64,000 nt of DNA, taken from NCBI GenBank assembly GCA_001600695.1, contig BCKQ01000008.1, forward strand, positions 223,781-287,780, written 5' to 3'. This document shows positions 1 to 12,407 of the stretch, piece after piece. Numbering within the stretch: position 1 is the first letter of the stretch; every line of letters begins with the position of its first letter. This DNA comes from Ascoidea asiatica JCM 7603 (lineage: Eukaryota > Fungi > Ascomycota). The notes under the pieces were generated by a model. That model was given only the letters and a program-made list of their open reading frames with translations. It was not told where the DNA came from and ran no database searches. The position numbers were made by a program, and so were the translations under genes.

Positions 1-1
1 T

Positions 2-1798
2 GATAAAGTTGGATACTTGATATTTGCATTATCAATCATTGATCCTATTCTTTTATCAATTTTAAGAACAAATTATTTTAAAAAAAATTTCAAAAACAAT
101 AAATCATTTTCATCTAAAATCCTTAAATTTTTATCAAATCCAGCATGGTACATTAGAGCCTTAATTTGGCTTGTTATAATTACCATAATCTCATTTTATG
201 ATTATACCGAAGAAATTTATTACACAATGGTTAAAAGAACCGGAAAATTAGCTTGGGCATTATTTCCATTTAATATATTTTTAGCTTTAAAACCAAATCC
301 ATTACCAAATATTTTTTATTTAGAAATTGTATCATTTCATAAATGGTTATCTAGAATTATTATTGTTTATTCTTTAATTCATAGTTTTGGATATGCAATT
401 GTTTGGATTCAAGATGGAACATTAATTGGAAGATTAACATATATGTCAAATCATTTTGGTGGATGGCTATTTGTACTTTATACTATCCTCTTTTTCTTAT
501 CAATAAAAATAATTAGAAGAAAGTTTTATAATGTTTTTTACTTTTTGCATATTGTTGTTGTTTATTTATCCATTTTTTTTGTTCCATATCATGCTACTGC
601 TGGAGCAACAGTTTTTGATTTATACTCAGTTTTATCAATTATTATTATAAGTTTAGGTTTTTTTTATAAATATATTATTTCATGTGATACGAGGGTGAAT
701 TCAATTAGAAATCAAGATTCTAATTTGATTGTTGTTAAAGTTCCAAGATCTTGTTTTAAAGGATATATTATTCCAGGATCACATTTAAGAATTGCAAAAA
801 ATTATAGAAAAAATTTATTATATTTATTTTTTTTACCATCTCATCCATTTACAATTGCAAAAGTAGGTTCACATTTTGTAAATTGTATAATTTCAAAACC
901 TAACAGGTTCACAATTAGTGAAGATGAACATTATTCAATAACAGGAACTTTTCCATCTTTACCTTTGAAATTTTTTGATAATGTTAAAGATATAGTTGTT
1001 GTTTGTGGAGGATCTGGAATTTCATTTGGGCTATCGCTTCATAAAGAACTAATTGCAAAACTGTTTAGAGGGGAATGCCGTTTTAAAATAGTTTGGATAA
1101 CTAAAAATGAGAAAGATTTATTCATTTTGAAAAAACTAGGATATGATAATCTAAATTTATTAAATTTTGATATTTATGTTACTTCAAAAAAACAAAATTC
1201 CAACACTAAAAATAGAAGTGGTGAAAATTATCTAAATGATAAAAATCATAGAAATTATATAAATGATACAAATAATGACACAAATGATGCAACTAACACA
1301 AATGGTACAGTTGATATAATTAATGAATATGATAGAAACAATTTCGAACATTATCAAAAAACAAGATATTCAAATTCCTTTGAGGAAGTTCAAATAAATG
1401 ATGAAGATAATTATCCAAATAATATGAACATTTCAGATAAACATGGAAAAATTATTGAAAATCCATTTATGTCTCCTAAGATGGAACATCAATATATGAG
1501 AAGCGATGGAACTAATAACTCAAATGAAAAGAATTTGTTTAGTAGTCATGAAATAAATATATCATCAATGAGTAATGAAAGTGTTAGTAGTTTTGATGAA
1601 AAAAACTCCTTATTCAATATAAATTATTCAAGGCCCAATTTAGAATTATTGTTCCAACCATTATTACAAAATTATGGAAATGACAATAATTCAGGAAAAT
1701 GGATAATTTCTTGTGGGCCTGAAAGATTAATTAATGAAAGTAAAGCATGGGCCACCAAGAATAATATTGATTTTTTTTCAGAAAAATTCAATATGTGA
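2..1798 (+). CDS. AIM14: AIM14/YNO1-like ferric-reductase-superfamily NADPH oxidase, 5'-truncated by the window edge
   Basis: The frame is open from base 2 (DKVGYLIFA...), so TTG at 17 is not the real start. Motifs KRTGKLAWALFPFNIFLALKPN and FHKWLSRII..HSFGY resemble yeast Aim14 as recalled. FAD motif HPFT, NADPH motif VCGGSGISF, C-terminal SCGP...FFSEKF. Confidence 0.85.
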   Translation, partial: DKVGYLIFALSIIDPILLSILRTNYFKKNFKNNKSFSSKILKFLSNPAWYIRALIWLVIITIISFYDYTEEIYYTMVKRTGKLAWALFPFNIFLALKPNPLPNIFYLEIVSFHKWLSRIIIVYSLIHSFGYAIVWIQDGTLIGRLTYMSNHFGGWLFVLYTILFFLSIKIIRRKFYNVFYFLHIVVVYLSIFFVPYHATAGATVFDLYSVLSIIIISLGFFYKYIISCDTRVNSIRNQDSNLIVVKVPRSCFKGYIIPGSHLRIAKNYRKNLLYLFFLPSHPFTIAKVGSHFVNCIISKPNRFTISEDEHYSITGTFPSLPLKFFDNVKDIVVVCGGSGISFGLSLHKELIAKLFRGECRFKIVWITKNEKDLFILKKLGYDNLNLLNFDIYVTSKKQNSNTKNRSGENYLNDKNHRNYINDTNNDTNDATNTNGTVDIINEYDRNNFEHYQKTRYSNSFEEVQINDEDNYPNNMNISDKHGKIIENPFMSPKMEHQYMRSDGTNNSNEKNLFSSHEINISSMSNESVSSFDEKNSLFNINYSRPNLELLFQPLLQNYGNDNNSGKWIISCGPERLINESKAWATKNNIDFFSEKFNM

Positions 1799-2348
1799 TT
1801 GAATTTTGACATATCTATAAATAATGAAATTAGATTCCACAATAAAAATACCTATTTGCAACATGACTTTCTTTTACCTTGTTTTCGACTTTCTTCTACA
1901 ATTTCCCTTTTAATATTCCTTGAATAGCTTTACATTCTTTTTGCTTTCTTTCTCTACTTCTACTTCTTTTAGGTAAAAGTTACTAACTAATATTCTTTAA
2001 ATCACAAATATTCCTTTTAATTATCTTTACAATTTTCATTTCTTTTCTACATTCTTTATTCTTCATAGCTAAATTTACTTGCTAATCAAACTCTCTCTTG
2101 GATCTAAAGATCAATTGATATCATTTACTATAAGTTAACTTCAATTTAAATTAATTAAAATTGCTTCATTCAAAATAATTCAAATTAAAAAATCCATGAT
2201 ACACATTGATCGTAATGTGGAAATAATAATATTCGGATGGGTCTAGCTCCGGTTTCCGACCAAATTATTTCCCTGCTTTTACCAACAGGGATAGGTAAAA
2301 AGTGACTGTCGCTTATGAATTATAAAAATATTTTATCAAAAAAGAGAT

Positions 2349-2422
2349 GGTCCCTTGGCCCAGTTGGTTAAGGTATCGTGCTAATAACGCGGGGATCAGC
2401 AGTTCGATCCTGCTAGGGACCA
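2349..2422 (+). tRNA. tRNA-Ile (anticodon AAT)
   Basis: GGTCCCT/AGGGACC acceptor stem, anticodon loop CT-AAT-AA, T-loop TTCGATC, downstream oligo-T terminator. Nearly identical to budding-yeast tRNA-Ile(AAU). Confidence 0.97.
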
Positions 2423-4975
2423 TTCTTATTTTTTTTTGTTCAATTGAACACTATTAAACACTATTGAATAGTTATTTAATAAAAGTACATTGGAGGTAAG
2501 TTTTTATCACTTTAGTCAGTTCGTGTTTCAGTACCTCTTTTTTTGTTTCAAAAACCATCTACTTATGGTGCAAGAATTGTTTTTTTACAGTAGATATTAT
2601 TTTTACTGCAAAAAATATAATTGTACTTGCATTTTAAACAATAGACTATTTAGGAGACAAGGAAAATTTTAATGAAAACATTGAACACTTTTGCTTAACG
2701 AAATTTATAAGAATATTACGGATAAAAAATTTCCAAGACCCTTGAAATGTTATATAACTGTATAAAATGTTGAGAAAACGATTATTTTATTTTTTGTATT
2801 TATTTGAATCGCCAGAGCCTTTCAATAAAGACTTTTATAATAGTTGAATGTGATTGAAAGTCAAAGAGGCAGAGAGCTAGTCAGTGTTTCCATATTTTTG
2901 CAAACACCTTTACCGGTGAAATTTATTCACATGTATTCTTTAAAAGTAATTTGTGATTTGGACCCCCTGCAAGTTTTCATTATTACTTTATTTCGGAGGA
3001 AGCCGTTTATTGGCCACTGATCAAACTGATAACCATATTCAAATCTATGCAGTATTTTTCTCCATTGAGCTAACAAAAAGAATACTGGTTTTTACTATCA
3101 CACTATAAATCGAAGTAAAAATATAAAATATAATTTTGTTTCAGAAGTATTTATTCCAATTTCAAATTTTGCTTTTAGAGTTATTCGCGGCCATAAATTC
3201 ACATATAATCTGCAATTTTTTAAATGGTATCCTACTTCTTGTTACTAAAATTTTAATTTATCACAAGATTATTACTTTAAGCCAATAGCTTAAAATATGT
3301 TTTCTTAAAAGTATATCAAAAAATATAATTGAGCACTATATTTCACAGTTATTCAATAATATCAAAAAAAACTAAAAAATATTCTTCCCAAATTTTTTCA
3401 ATATTTAGGTTTTTTATTAGAACTGTATAATAATAATGAGCAGAAGTTATATATTTCTTTGATATTTATTTTGAACCCCATTTCTGACTACATATTATCA
3501 GAAAGCCACTACAAGGTATGCCTTTATAAGAAAATTTACAATAAATAAATAGAACAAACGTGAAAAAAAATTTCACAAATAAAATCTTTTAGGGATAATA
3601 ATTTATCAAATGTATATGACCTTACTTTAGTGATTAAATAAGGCTATTCTCAAACCCTTTGAAAAACAAATAATTGTGTATAAAATATTACAAGACCAAT
3701 TGAAATTGAAACAATTGTTCTCAACTTCTTCTTTTTAAGCCTCGAAAAATAAAGGGTGCTAAAAAAAATACCCTTTTAAGAAATGAGAAAGATATTACTC
3801 AAATAAATGGAAGGGGATATTCAAATTCAATATTAATTTAGTCTTTCAATTTCTACTTTTCGAAAAAGGAAATACTACTTAAACAAAAACCAAGAGAAAT
3901 ATAATATGTAAAGCTTATTAGGCTTGAACAATGTTTCTAAATTATCCAATAGATGAAAATCACATCAAAAAATATAGAGTATATATTATTTCATGTTCAG
4001 CAAGTAACACCCAAATAGAATTTCAATCCTAAGAGGTATATTCTCGTCCCACAAAATTTAATTTTCAAATGAAAGTTATTTTCCAAGCTCGGACTTAGCT
4101 CATTATCATAATTTATTTTTTACCTCACAAATAAGTACTGTGGTTATTTTTGACAGGAAAAGAATATATTAGTCGCTCAATAATTTAGCAAATAAAATTT
4201 AACAATTTAGTTTCCGAATTGTTAAGTCAATAATTTCGTTCAATACTATATTGTCTCAAGTTTTGAAAGGCCCAACCAGAAGCAACTGAAAACGAATTAA
4301 AATAAATGCTGATAATTTTAAGATATCGGTACTTAATGAAAACATGAAACATTTAAAAATAATAAATATTTTAAAGTTTTAAAGATAACCCTTTATAGAG
4401 CTTAATGAATTGCAATATCGTTCTTGAAAATATCAAATCTTAAAATCGGAAAAAAAACAGTACTAATATCCTGAAGTTTTAGTATACTTTTAAACTTTAA
4501 GTCATATACATAAATTCATATTTCATTGCACGTTAAGAAAAGTATAGATCAAAAAGATTAGATCAATATATCTTTCAGAAAAACTTAATACTCATACTTC
4601 AAAAATAAAGTTTATAGCATTTATGTTGAAAAATCGTCTCACTTTTCCTTAAAAAAAACAAAGGAAACAAACGTTGCTATAGAGAATATATTCACATTCA
4701 CAAAACTCAAAAAAGGTAACAATCACAATTCTTTGATTGATATTTTTTTTTAAAAAGTACTCCCAACACAGTTTTGAGTAGATTTTTATACTAATTTCAA
4801 CCTTGTTAGAAAAATTGATTTTCTGTTGGAGAATTTAAAAAAAAACAAGCAGCAAAAAAAGCATTTATGTTCCAAAATATATAAATATAATGTCTGTTTC
4901 TTCTATTTTACAAGATGAGATGAAAGATATTCCATTTTTTACTTATATCATTTTTAAGTATAGAAAGAACACATT

Positions 4976-7102
4976 ATGAATTTATCAAAGATATTATTTT
5001 ATTTCCTTTTGTTGTTGTTACCTGCTTCAGCAAGAAAGTACTCAAAGGCTTCAAATGAATATAAAGTATATTATGCTTGCCGTTACACATTATCTTCTAT
5101 GGGTACATATTGTAAATCTTCAGCTGATTGTACTTGTGTAGTTCCAGCTGCTATAGGTAGTGTTTTAAATTGTGCAGTTGATCAAGTTGGAGAAAATAAT
5201 GAAAAACTTTTTGATATGTTTAACGAGCATTGTGCTTATTATAATATTTCTTTTACCAATGAAGAACTTCAAGCTGCTTATGAAAATGCAACAGAATATA
5301 TTACAAATATTACTTCTTTAGAAAATTTTAATGTTACAGCAGATACTATACCACTCCCAGTTTATTATAATGAAACAGTTTTTGAAATGAATTTAGAATC
5401 ATATAAAAATCTTTATAAAGCATTAGATAATTCATATATTTATGGATGGGCCACTTTAGTTTATTGGGGTATTGTATTAAGTATTTTTGGAATTATTCAT
5501 TGGATGGAATGGCTTTTTCCTTCATTTTTAGAGAAAATAACAGTTAATTTGAATTGGATAAGAAGATATATAACATTACCTGCAACCTTTGGTAAAAAAC
5601 ATTTAACAACGCCTAAATTATTTAATTTAGATATTATAGGATTAATACCAACAAGAATTGAATCATTAATAATATTTTTTTTTTATATATTAAATATTGC
5701 AGTAACAGCAGCAGATATAAAATGTTTTCCAAATGATACATTATATACAAGTAAAGGTATTCAAGTTGTAACATATCTTGGACTTAGAACAGGAATTTTA
5801 TCAGTTTATACTATACCTTTTGTTATTTTATTTGCAGGTAGAAATAATTTCTTAATTTGGTTAACTGGAATTAATCAAGCATCATTCAATGCATATCATC
5901 GATGGTTAGCAAGAATTTGTACAATTCAAGCTGTTATTCATAGTGTATGCTTCTTAATTAGAAGTTCACTTTTTCATAGGTTAGCATCAGCTGTTAAAGC
6001 TAGATATTATCTATGGGGTTTAGTTGCAACAGTAGCAATGGTTGTTATGTGCATTCAAGGTAAATGGATATTTCGAAAAAACTATTATGATTTATTTGTA
6101 ACTATTCATGTTTCTGTTGGAGCATTATTTTTAGCAGGAGTTTGGATTCATTGTTATGAAATATTAGAATATTATGAATTTGTTTATAGTGGAGCAGCAG
6201 TTTGGATATTTGATAGATTAATTAGAATTATAAGAATATGCATTTTTGGATTTCCTAAAGTTGAATGTAAAATTATGGGAGAAGATACTATTAAAATTAT
6301 TGTTCCTAGAAGAAGATTTTGGAAACCATTTCCAGGATCATTTTGCTATATTTCTTTTTTTATGCCATTAAGATTTTGGGAATCACATCCATTTACTATA
6401 GTTGATTGTGAAGATGATGGATATGATATTAGATTTTATATTAAAGTTAAAGATGGTGTAACTAAATATATTTATAATTATCTAAAAGATAAACCAGAAC
6501 AAAGTGCACTCATTCGAGTTGCAGTTGAAGGACCATATGGAACTAAAGCACCAATTAGTAGATATGATAAAGCAGTTTTAATTGCTGGAGGTAATGGAAT
6601 ACCAGGACCATATTATCATGCATATGATTTAGGAAGTAAAAATTCAAAAGATTCTAAAAAAATTATTAAATTATATTGGACAATAAGAAACTGGAATTCA
6701 TTAGAGTGGTTCTCTGAAGAATTAATGAGGCTAAAGAAACTTGAAAATAAAGTTGAAACAATAATATATGTCACTAGAGGAGGAACAGAAAATAAAAGGC
6801 CAAGCTTTTTAGGAGAACTTTGCAAAGAAACCGAATCAATATCAACAGGAAGTGATGGTTCTGAAAATGAAAAAAAGCTTGTTAAGCTAAAAAATTCCAA
6901 AATAACAAATATTGAATTCAGAACTGGTAGACCAGATATTAATCAAATATTAGAAGAAGAAATTCGAAGCTCACCTGGATCAACAGCAATTATGACATGT
7001 GGTCATCCAGCTATGACAGATGATGTTAGAAATTGTATTTCAAAGATGCTTGATATTACTAAAAGAAAAGTTGGATATTTTGAAGAAAACCAATTATGGT
7101 AA
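4976..7102 (+). CDS. Ferric/cupric reductase transmembrane component (FRE/CFL family)
   Basis: Signal peptide, Cys-rich extracellular N-domain, LFAGRNN, heme His motifs (YHRWLAR..H; TIH..WIH), FAD motif WESHPFT, VEGPYG, LIAGGNGIPG, TCGHP, C-terminal FEENQLW. Confidence 0.95.
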   Translation: MNLSKILFYFLLLLLPASARKYSKASNEYKVYYACRYTLSSMGTYCKSSADCTCVVPAAIGSVLNCAVDQVGENNEKLFDMFNEHCAYYNISFTNEELQAAYENATEYITNITSLENFNVTADTIPLPVYYNETVFEMNLESYKNLYKALDNSYIYGWATLVYWGIVLSIFGIIHWMEWLFPSFLEKITVNLNWIRRYITLPATFGKKHLTTPKLFNLDIIGLIPTRIESLIIFFFYILNIAVTAADIKCFPNDTLYTSKGIQVVTYLGLRTGILSVYTIPFVILFAGRNNFLIWLTGINQASFNAYHRWLARICTIQAVIHSVCFLIRSSLFHRLASAVKARYYLWGLVATVAMVVMCIQGKWIFRKNYYDLFVTIHVSVGALFLAGVWIHCYEILEYYEFVYSGAAVWIFDRLIRIIRICIFGFPKVECKIMGEDTIKIIVPRRRFWKPFPGSFCYISFFMPLRFWESHPFTIVDCEDDGYDIRFYIKVKDGVTKYIYNYLKDKPEQSALIRVAVEGPYGTKAPISRYDKAVLIAGGNGIPGPYYHAYDLGSKNSKDSKKIIKLYWTIRNWNSLEWFSEELMRLKKLENKVETIIYVTRGGTENKRPSFLGELCKETESISTGSDGSENEKKLVKLKNSKITNIEFRTGRPDINQILEEEIRSSPGSTAIMTCGHPAMTDDVRNCISKMLDITKRKVGYFEENQLW

Positions 7103-7497
7103 TTGGTTGAAATAATATTGATTGATAGTGACAAATAGCAATGTTTGATACACTTATTTTAAAATGATATTTCTATATCACAGAATTTGAGTAATGCTTT
7201 GAAGATCTTATAACGATTTTATTTCTTAAATTAACAGATATTTTTTTCATTTATTTGATTTTATTTAATTTTTTTTCTTGTCTTTTCTTTTCAAATTACC
7301 TTTTATATTACTTATTAAATAAACATTATTTATCCTCCAATTGATAATTCATGAACTTCAATTAATAATTCATGAACTTCAATTATCTAAGTCCCGTTTT
7401 ACTAATAATTAAAAAAGAAAATAAGTTCCTCTTATCAAACTGTTAAAACACAGCTACTTTTATTTTTCAAGTAAATTTTGAATATTAAAAAAGAATT

Positions 7498-7570
7498 TGG
7501 ACAAGTCAGGAATCGAACCAGAGACCTTCTGCATGCAAAGCAGACGCGCTACCAACTGCGCTACATGCCC
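7498..7570 (-). tRNA. tRNA-Ala (anticodon TGC)
   Basis: Reverse complement GGGCATGTAGCGCAGTTGGTAGCGCGTCTGCTTTGCATGCAGAAGGTCTCTGGTTCGATTCCTGACTTGTCCA folds as a cloverleaf with the G3:U70 Ala identity pair and loop TT-TGC-AT. Confidence 0.93.
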
Positions 7571-7659
7571 AATTTATTCTGAAAAAAAATACCCAAACTC
7601 TCTCAATTTACACAATTATTTAAATAAGTAAATGTAAAAAAATATAAACAAAATGGATC

Positions 7660-7751
7660 TGAAACGGACAGGAATTGAACCTGCAGCCCTTCGATTGCAA
7701 CTCAACCGTTTAGAACTGGAGTCGAAAGCTCTACCATTGAGCCACCGCTTC
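7660..7751 (-). tRNA. tRNA-Trp (anticodon CCA) with a 20-nt intron (7696-7715)
   Basis: Reverse complement GAAGCGGTGGCTCAATGGTAGAGCTTTCGACTCCAG[TTCTAAACGGTTGAGTTGCA]ATCGAAGGGCTGCAGGTTCAATTCCTGTCCGTTTCA. The body matches yeast tRNA-Trp and the intron is at the canonical 37/38 position. Confidence 0.96.
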
Positions 7752-8793
7752 AACCATTGATGTCCTAGTTAAAATTCTAAAAATGAAAAACTGTTGGTAT
7801 TTTCTGTAAAATGTTGTAACTAGCTTTAAGAAAAATTTTGGCTTTGCTATTTTCATTTTCATTCTCATGTACAGTCCTTTTAAAAGACTTGAGATGATAA
7901 CAATTGCCCCAAACCTGGAAATAACTGTAAAAATACATCTCAGATAAGCCCATGATCTTTCTTTAATTCATTATCAAATAATACTAATAAGTAAAGTTAG
8001 TTTTGAAATTTGAAAACAAAATTACCAAAAAATCAAAAATTGGTCAAATATTTCAATTGCAAGGATTGGTACAGCCTCAATTTTTGTTTAACTTATTTCC
8101 ATTGGTTAAGTTCTGTATTTCATTTGGTTCATAGTTCCCAATTCATCTAGAATTAAAGTCCAGGTTAAAATTATTTGAATCGGTATTGCACCCAGAGTTT
8201 GAAATCGAGATTCAAAAGTGCTTAACCTTTACCAGAATTACGAATCCCGATGTGGATCTTTTTCTTCAGTCATTCGGCAACCCTAGCCAACTATAGAAAG
8301 GGAGGTAATATATTTATTGTATTCATGGTATTTCAAATAATACTACTATAGTAAATTAGGTAACTATATACATATTCTAGGCCATTTAAAACTCATCTCT
8401 TAAAGCTCCTTTCTCATCCCTGATTAGTTAAAGTTCATGGTAATATCAGAGTAGCATGCTGTATATATATGTATATGAATCGAGTACTGGAACTGCAAAT
8501 GCTTGTATTATTTTTGAAAAACAGTTAAAAATTTATTTCAATTCCTATTCAAATTTTTAATTTTTTTTTCTTTAAATTTTGTTGTAGTTTATAATATTAA
8601 TTGAAAAAATATAAATAGAAATGATTTTCAAGAATATTCTATTATTTATTCACCTTTTTATTTTTTCAGATTAATTAATAATTGAATAAAAAAAAAAATT
8701 CAAATAGTTAAGTAGCTAATTTTGTTCATTCGCTTTTTCTTAAATTCATTCATTTCATTCAATATAATTACTCTTCAAATTTATAAACAAAAC

Positions 8794-9900
8794 ATGATTT
8801 TTAAAGCTTTACTTTTCTTAGCTGTTGTTTCATCTACTTTTGCTTCAAAAGTTAATTTGGTTGTAGATGCTCCTAATTATTCGGATATCCATACTTTTGG
8901 TATTAGTTCTATTCATGAAGGTGCAGGAATAAATTACTTTTTCATTGGTACGAGCTCAAATTATTCTCAAGATTTAATTTATGATAGTGATAAAAAATCT
9001 TTAACTTCTGATATTTATGGTGATTCAATTAAAGCATTTTTTGAATTTTCAACTTATTCAAATCAGTCAATTTTACAATTAAGTGTCATTGAAAATTATG
9101 ATTTATGGTCATTTGATTCTGAAGGTTATTTATTAAGAAATGGTACTTGTGAAATTTATTATGCTTGTAAAAATATTGATGATCCTTATAATTATTCATC
9201 TTATGAATATGCAATTCTTTCATCTTCAATTTCAAATACTTGTGAGCCTCTTAAACTTAAATTAACTGCATCAGCTTTATCTTGTTTATATTCAAATACA
9301 GTTTCAACTACAACAATTACAGGAGTTAATGAAGTTGATTCAACATCTGGACTTTATAGTGAAGATGAAGACGATGAAATTGAGGATGAAGTTGAGTTAA
9401 CAACCACTGACTGTAAAGATGAAGAGGAATTAACATCATCGACAACAACTGCAACTATCAATGACATCAGTTCGTCAATTACTGTAATTCAAATTTATTC
9501 TGAAACTTCTAGTGCAGCTAATGAGGAAGGAAATGAAGTTGAAAGTGATGACGATGCTCTTTATGAAGAAGCTGATTTAATTGCAACTGAAACTGAAAAT
9601 TATTATAATGAGGATACCTATTTAACAAGTGTTTTAATTGGTCCATATGTTACCACTGTTTTTGAAAATGGCACAAGAGTAACTATTACTATCACTTCTA
9701 GTTCATGTCATTCAAATTGTACATCTAAGGCTTCTTCAACTACTTCTGCTTCCAAAATCCCAGAAATTTTAACATATTCTTCTGTAGAATCAAATAGAAC
9801 TGAAACACATGCTTCAATTACAACTGTTAGCGGTTTTGGTAACAATTTAAAAATTTCATTGGCCTCGATCTTCTCCGGATTAATCCTTTTACTTCTTTGA
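8794..9900 (+). CDS. GPI-anchored cell-wall protein, PGA29(RHD3)/PGA30/PGA31-like
   Basis: ATG at 8794 in A-rich context gives a signal peptide (MIFKALLFLAVVSSTFA); TTG at 8722 is unlikely. SIHEGAGINYFF and YACKNIDDPY motifs, acidic Ser/Thr stalk, hydrophobic C-terminal GPI signal. Confidence 0.85.
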   Translation: MIFKALLFLAVVSSTFASKVNLVVDAPNYSDIHTFGISSIHEGAGINYFFIGTSSNYSQDLIYDSDKKSLTSDIYGDSIKAFFEFSTYSNQSILQLSVIENYDLWSFDSEGYLLRNGTCEIYYACKNIDDPYNYSSYEYAILSSSISNTCEPLKLKLTASALSCLYSNTVSTTTITGVNEVDSTSGLYSEDEDDEIEDEVELTTTDCKDEEELTSSTTTATINDISSSITVIQIYSETSSAANEEGNEVESDDDALYEEADLIATETENYYNEDTYLTSVLIGPYVTTVFENGTRVTITITSSSCHSNCTSKASSTTSASKIPEILTYSSVESNRTETHASITTVSGFGNNLKISLASIFSGLILLLL

Positions 9901-12407
9901 TTAGTTTAGTCAAAAATTCGTTTTTCTGATTTATCAAAAAAGACCTTACATTTTCAAATAATATCTGATACTTCAAAAAAAAGAAAGTAAGCAGATCAGA
10001 CAAAGCTGTTTTTTTTTTTTTGAAAATTATATCCCATATTATATTTTTGACCTTCTTCTTCTTTTTGAATTACTTATTAATTCTTTTCATTCGTTCTAAA
10101 AATTCAATTTCATTATTTTCGAATAAACTTTATCTACACCAGTAATCAATTATTTATAGTATCTTTCAACGTAATTTCAGTCCATTTCTTTTCATAATTT
10201 TTCTTTTCTTTCCATTTCATTTTAATTCATTCTATTTTCTTTTCAATTTCATCTTATCGAATGCCATCATCACGATAAGGCCTTACACAAGTAACGTTAA
10301 CAGATTTATTCAAATCCGTAATGTTCAGGCTCGTAATGTTACCGTGGAAAGCAATTTTACATTAACTTAGTCGCTGAAAATAATATTTCACGTGACTCTA
10401 TTTGAAATCAATCCCGAGAAGAACAAAGAAAAGCAATCCATTTCTTATCGTGTTTCAGAGATGGTAATGAGGTAACGGTTTTAAGGAAACATTTTTACAA
10501 ATGTGCAAAAGGAAGTTACAAATACGACGTGCTTGGAAAATATAGCAAATTGAAAACTAGAAGTGTACCCCGTTTCAGATCGCATAAATATCATAAAATG
10601 ATTTAAACGAGAAGAAATTTGAACAAAAGTATTCCTTAGGTTTGTTCATATGAAAAACTTCTATTGCTGTTTCTTTTTATTGAGGAAGATTGCACGCAAT
10701 TCATCAGGTTGATTCTGTCAATCTAGTTTCTTCTCCAAAAACTTATCTAATTTTCACGAAAGGAATCCGTAAGCTTCTAGAAGGAATTCTAACACCAATA
10801 ATAATTTTTCAAAAAAGAAGAATTCCATTTAAAATCCACACAGTTTAATTAAACAAATTCAAAAAAAGAAGAAGTCCATGAAACAAAGTATTCTCCTCTT
10901 AATATAGTTTCTTGAAAATCTCGATTCTTTAATTGTCTCAGGGAAGCATTAAAGGAAAATTTCTCGATTACAATTTTTTTTCCTAAGTAATTCTTCTATA
11001 ATACTAAAGCAAACATAGATTAGCTAGCAAAATTCTTTTTTGTTTTTAAAAATATCCATAATCCACCCCAAAATGAATTCTTCATTCAATTATTCTCGAT
11101 CTTTTAACTCACCTCCAAAAAAAAAAAATAAAGAGTTATTGCTTCTATAGTGCATCATTTATACCATTGTCGCATACTTACACATATAAGCGAGCATTTT
11201 TAGGTCTACCCACAAAATAAGAAATAAGGTTTGGAATTGTTTCTTTGAAATTTTTTTCTTTAAAAAATATGTGTCAAAGAATTCTAGCAATTAAAAACGT
11301 AACTACTAGCACGAGATATTGTATGATTCAAAGATTTCATATTCAATCTTCAATTAGAAAAATTTCATAAGCAACTTTCACTCCATTTAATGTAGATTTT
11401 TTTTTGAAAAATGAATTGAGTTTGTATAATGCTTTGAGAAAATTCCGGCCCTGAAATTATGATTACTTGCTTTATTACAGATCGAAATTCTATAGGAGTT
11501 AGATAAGAGAAATGAAAAAAATACCGCAAAAAAAGTAAATATAATGTACCATATATTTCTTCTAGAAAACCAATATCCTATCAAACAAAAAAAACAAGAT
11601 GAAAAACATTCGATAACCACTAAGATTTAGCTGAGCTCGTTAATAATTTCAAAAAGTAAAGAGAAGACTGTTACTTATAGAAGCTTCTGAACTTAGGTTT
11701 GCGTTTGGATATTTATCTTCAAAAATTTTCGTTAATAATTTGTATGCCTAACATTATACACTTTATTAAATAACAATTGTTATATGCTTCACTATCTTTA
11801 GAGTTCTGAAATCAATCCAATTAAAGAACTCTTCTCTGAATCGAACTTTGAATTCTTGCTAATTTTTAAGGCCTTCGAATTTAACTTAAAGATTTCATTA
11901 AAATTCTTTCTTGTTTTAAATACTCCTCCTCAATAATCTATGGCATAAACCAATGAAATTTTTGAAAAGCATAAAATATAAAAAGCAAATGAAAAATTAT
12001 AACTCGTAAAACATGAATTTGGAACATATCAATTTTCCCATCATGTGAGGCAATTATTCCATTTACTTTGCTTTATGAAAGAATATCTTTTCTATATGTA
12101 AGAAGTAAAAAGGTTCTTCCTTTGAAATTTTTCAAATCCAAATTGAATAGAACTAAAGCAAGAAATACTGAAATTTTCTCCACTTATATCTTTTCAAACC
12201 AAAAAAAAAATTAAGATATAAATAGTGTCAATTATTCTTCTAGAAACATATTCAATTATTTTACTTTTTTTTTTTCTTCTTTAGTTTAATTAATATTGTT
12301 CAATTTAAAAACCCTTCCCTTTTAGCTTCCTAAAATTGAGAAAAAATTAAGTCAATTACTATAATCTTCACTATAACCAAATATTAACTCTTAATAAAAA
12401 AAAAAAA

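Noticed and set aside
1828-2070. Purine-rich minus-strand stretch reading as a Lys/Arg-rich peptide with three stops
   Set aside because: No recognisable motif. It is equally explained as pyrimidine-rich 3' UTR/terminator DNA of AIM14.
7498-7751. Dicistronic tRNA-Trp/tRNA-Ala transcript
   Set aside because: The 89-bp spacer contains T7 and longer T runs on the coding strand (Pol III terminators), so separate transcription is more likely.
8722-8793. TTG start of the cell-wall gene given by the ORF track
   Set aside because: This is eukaryotic DNA, and ATG 8794 yields a proper signal peptide.
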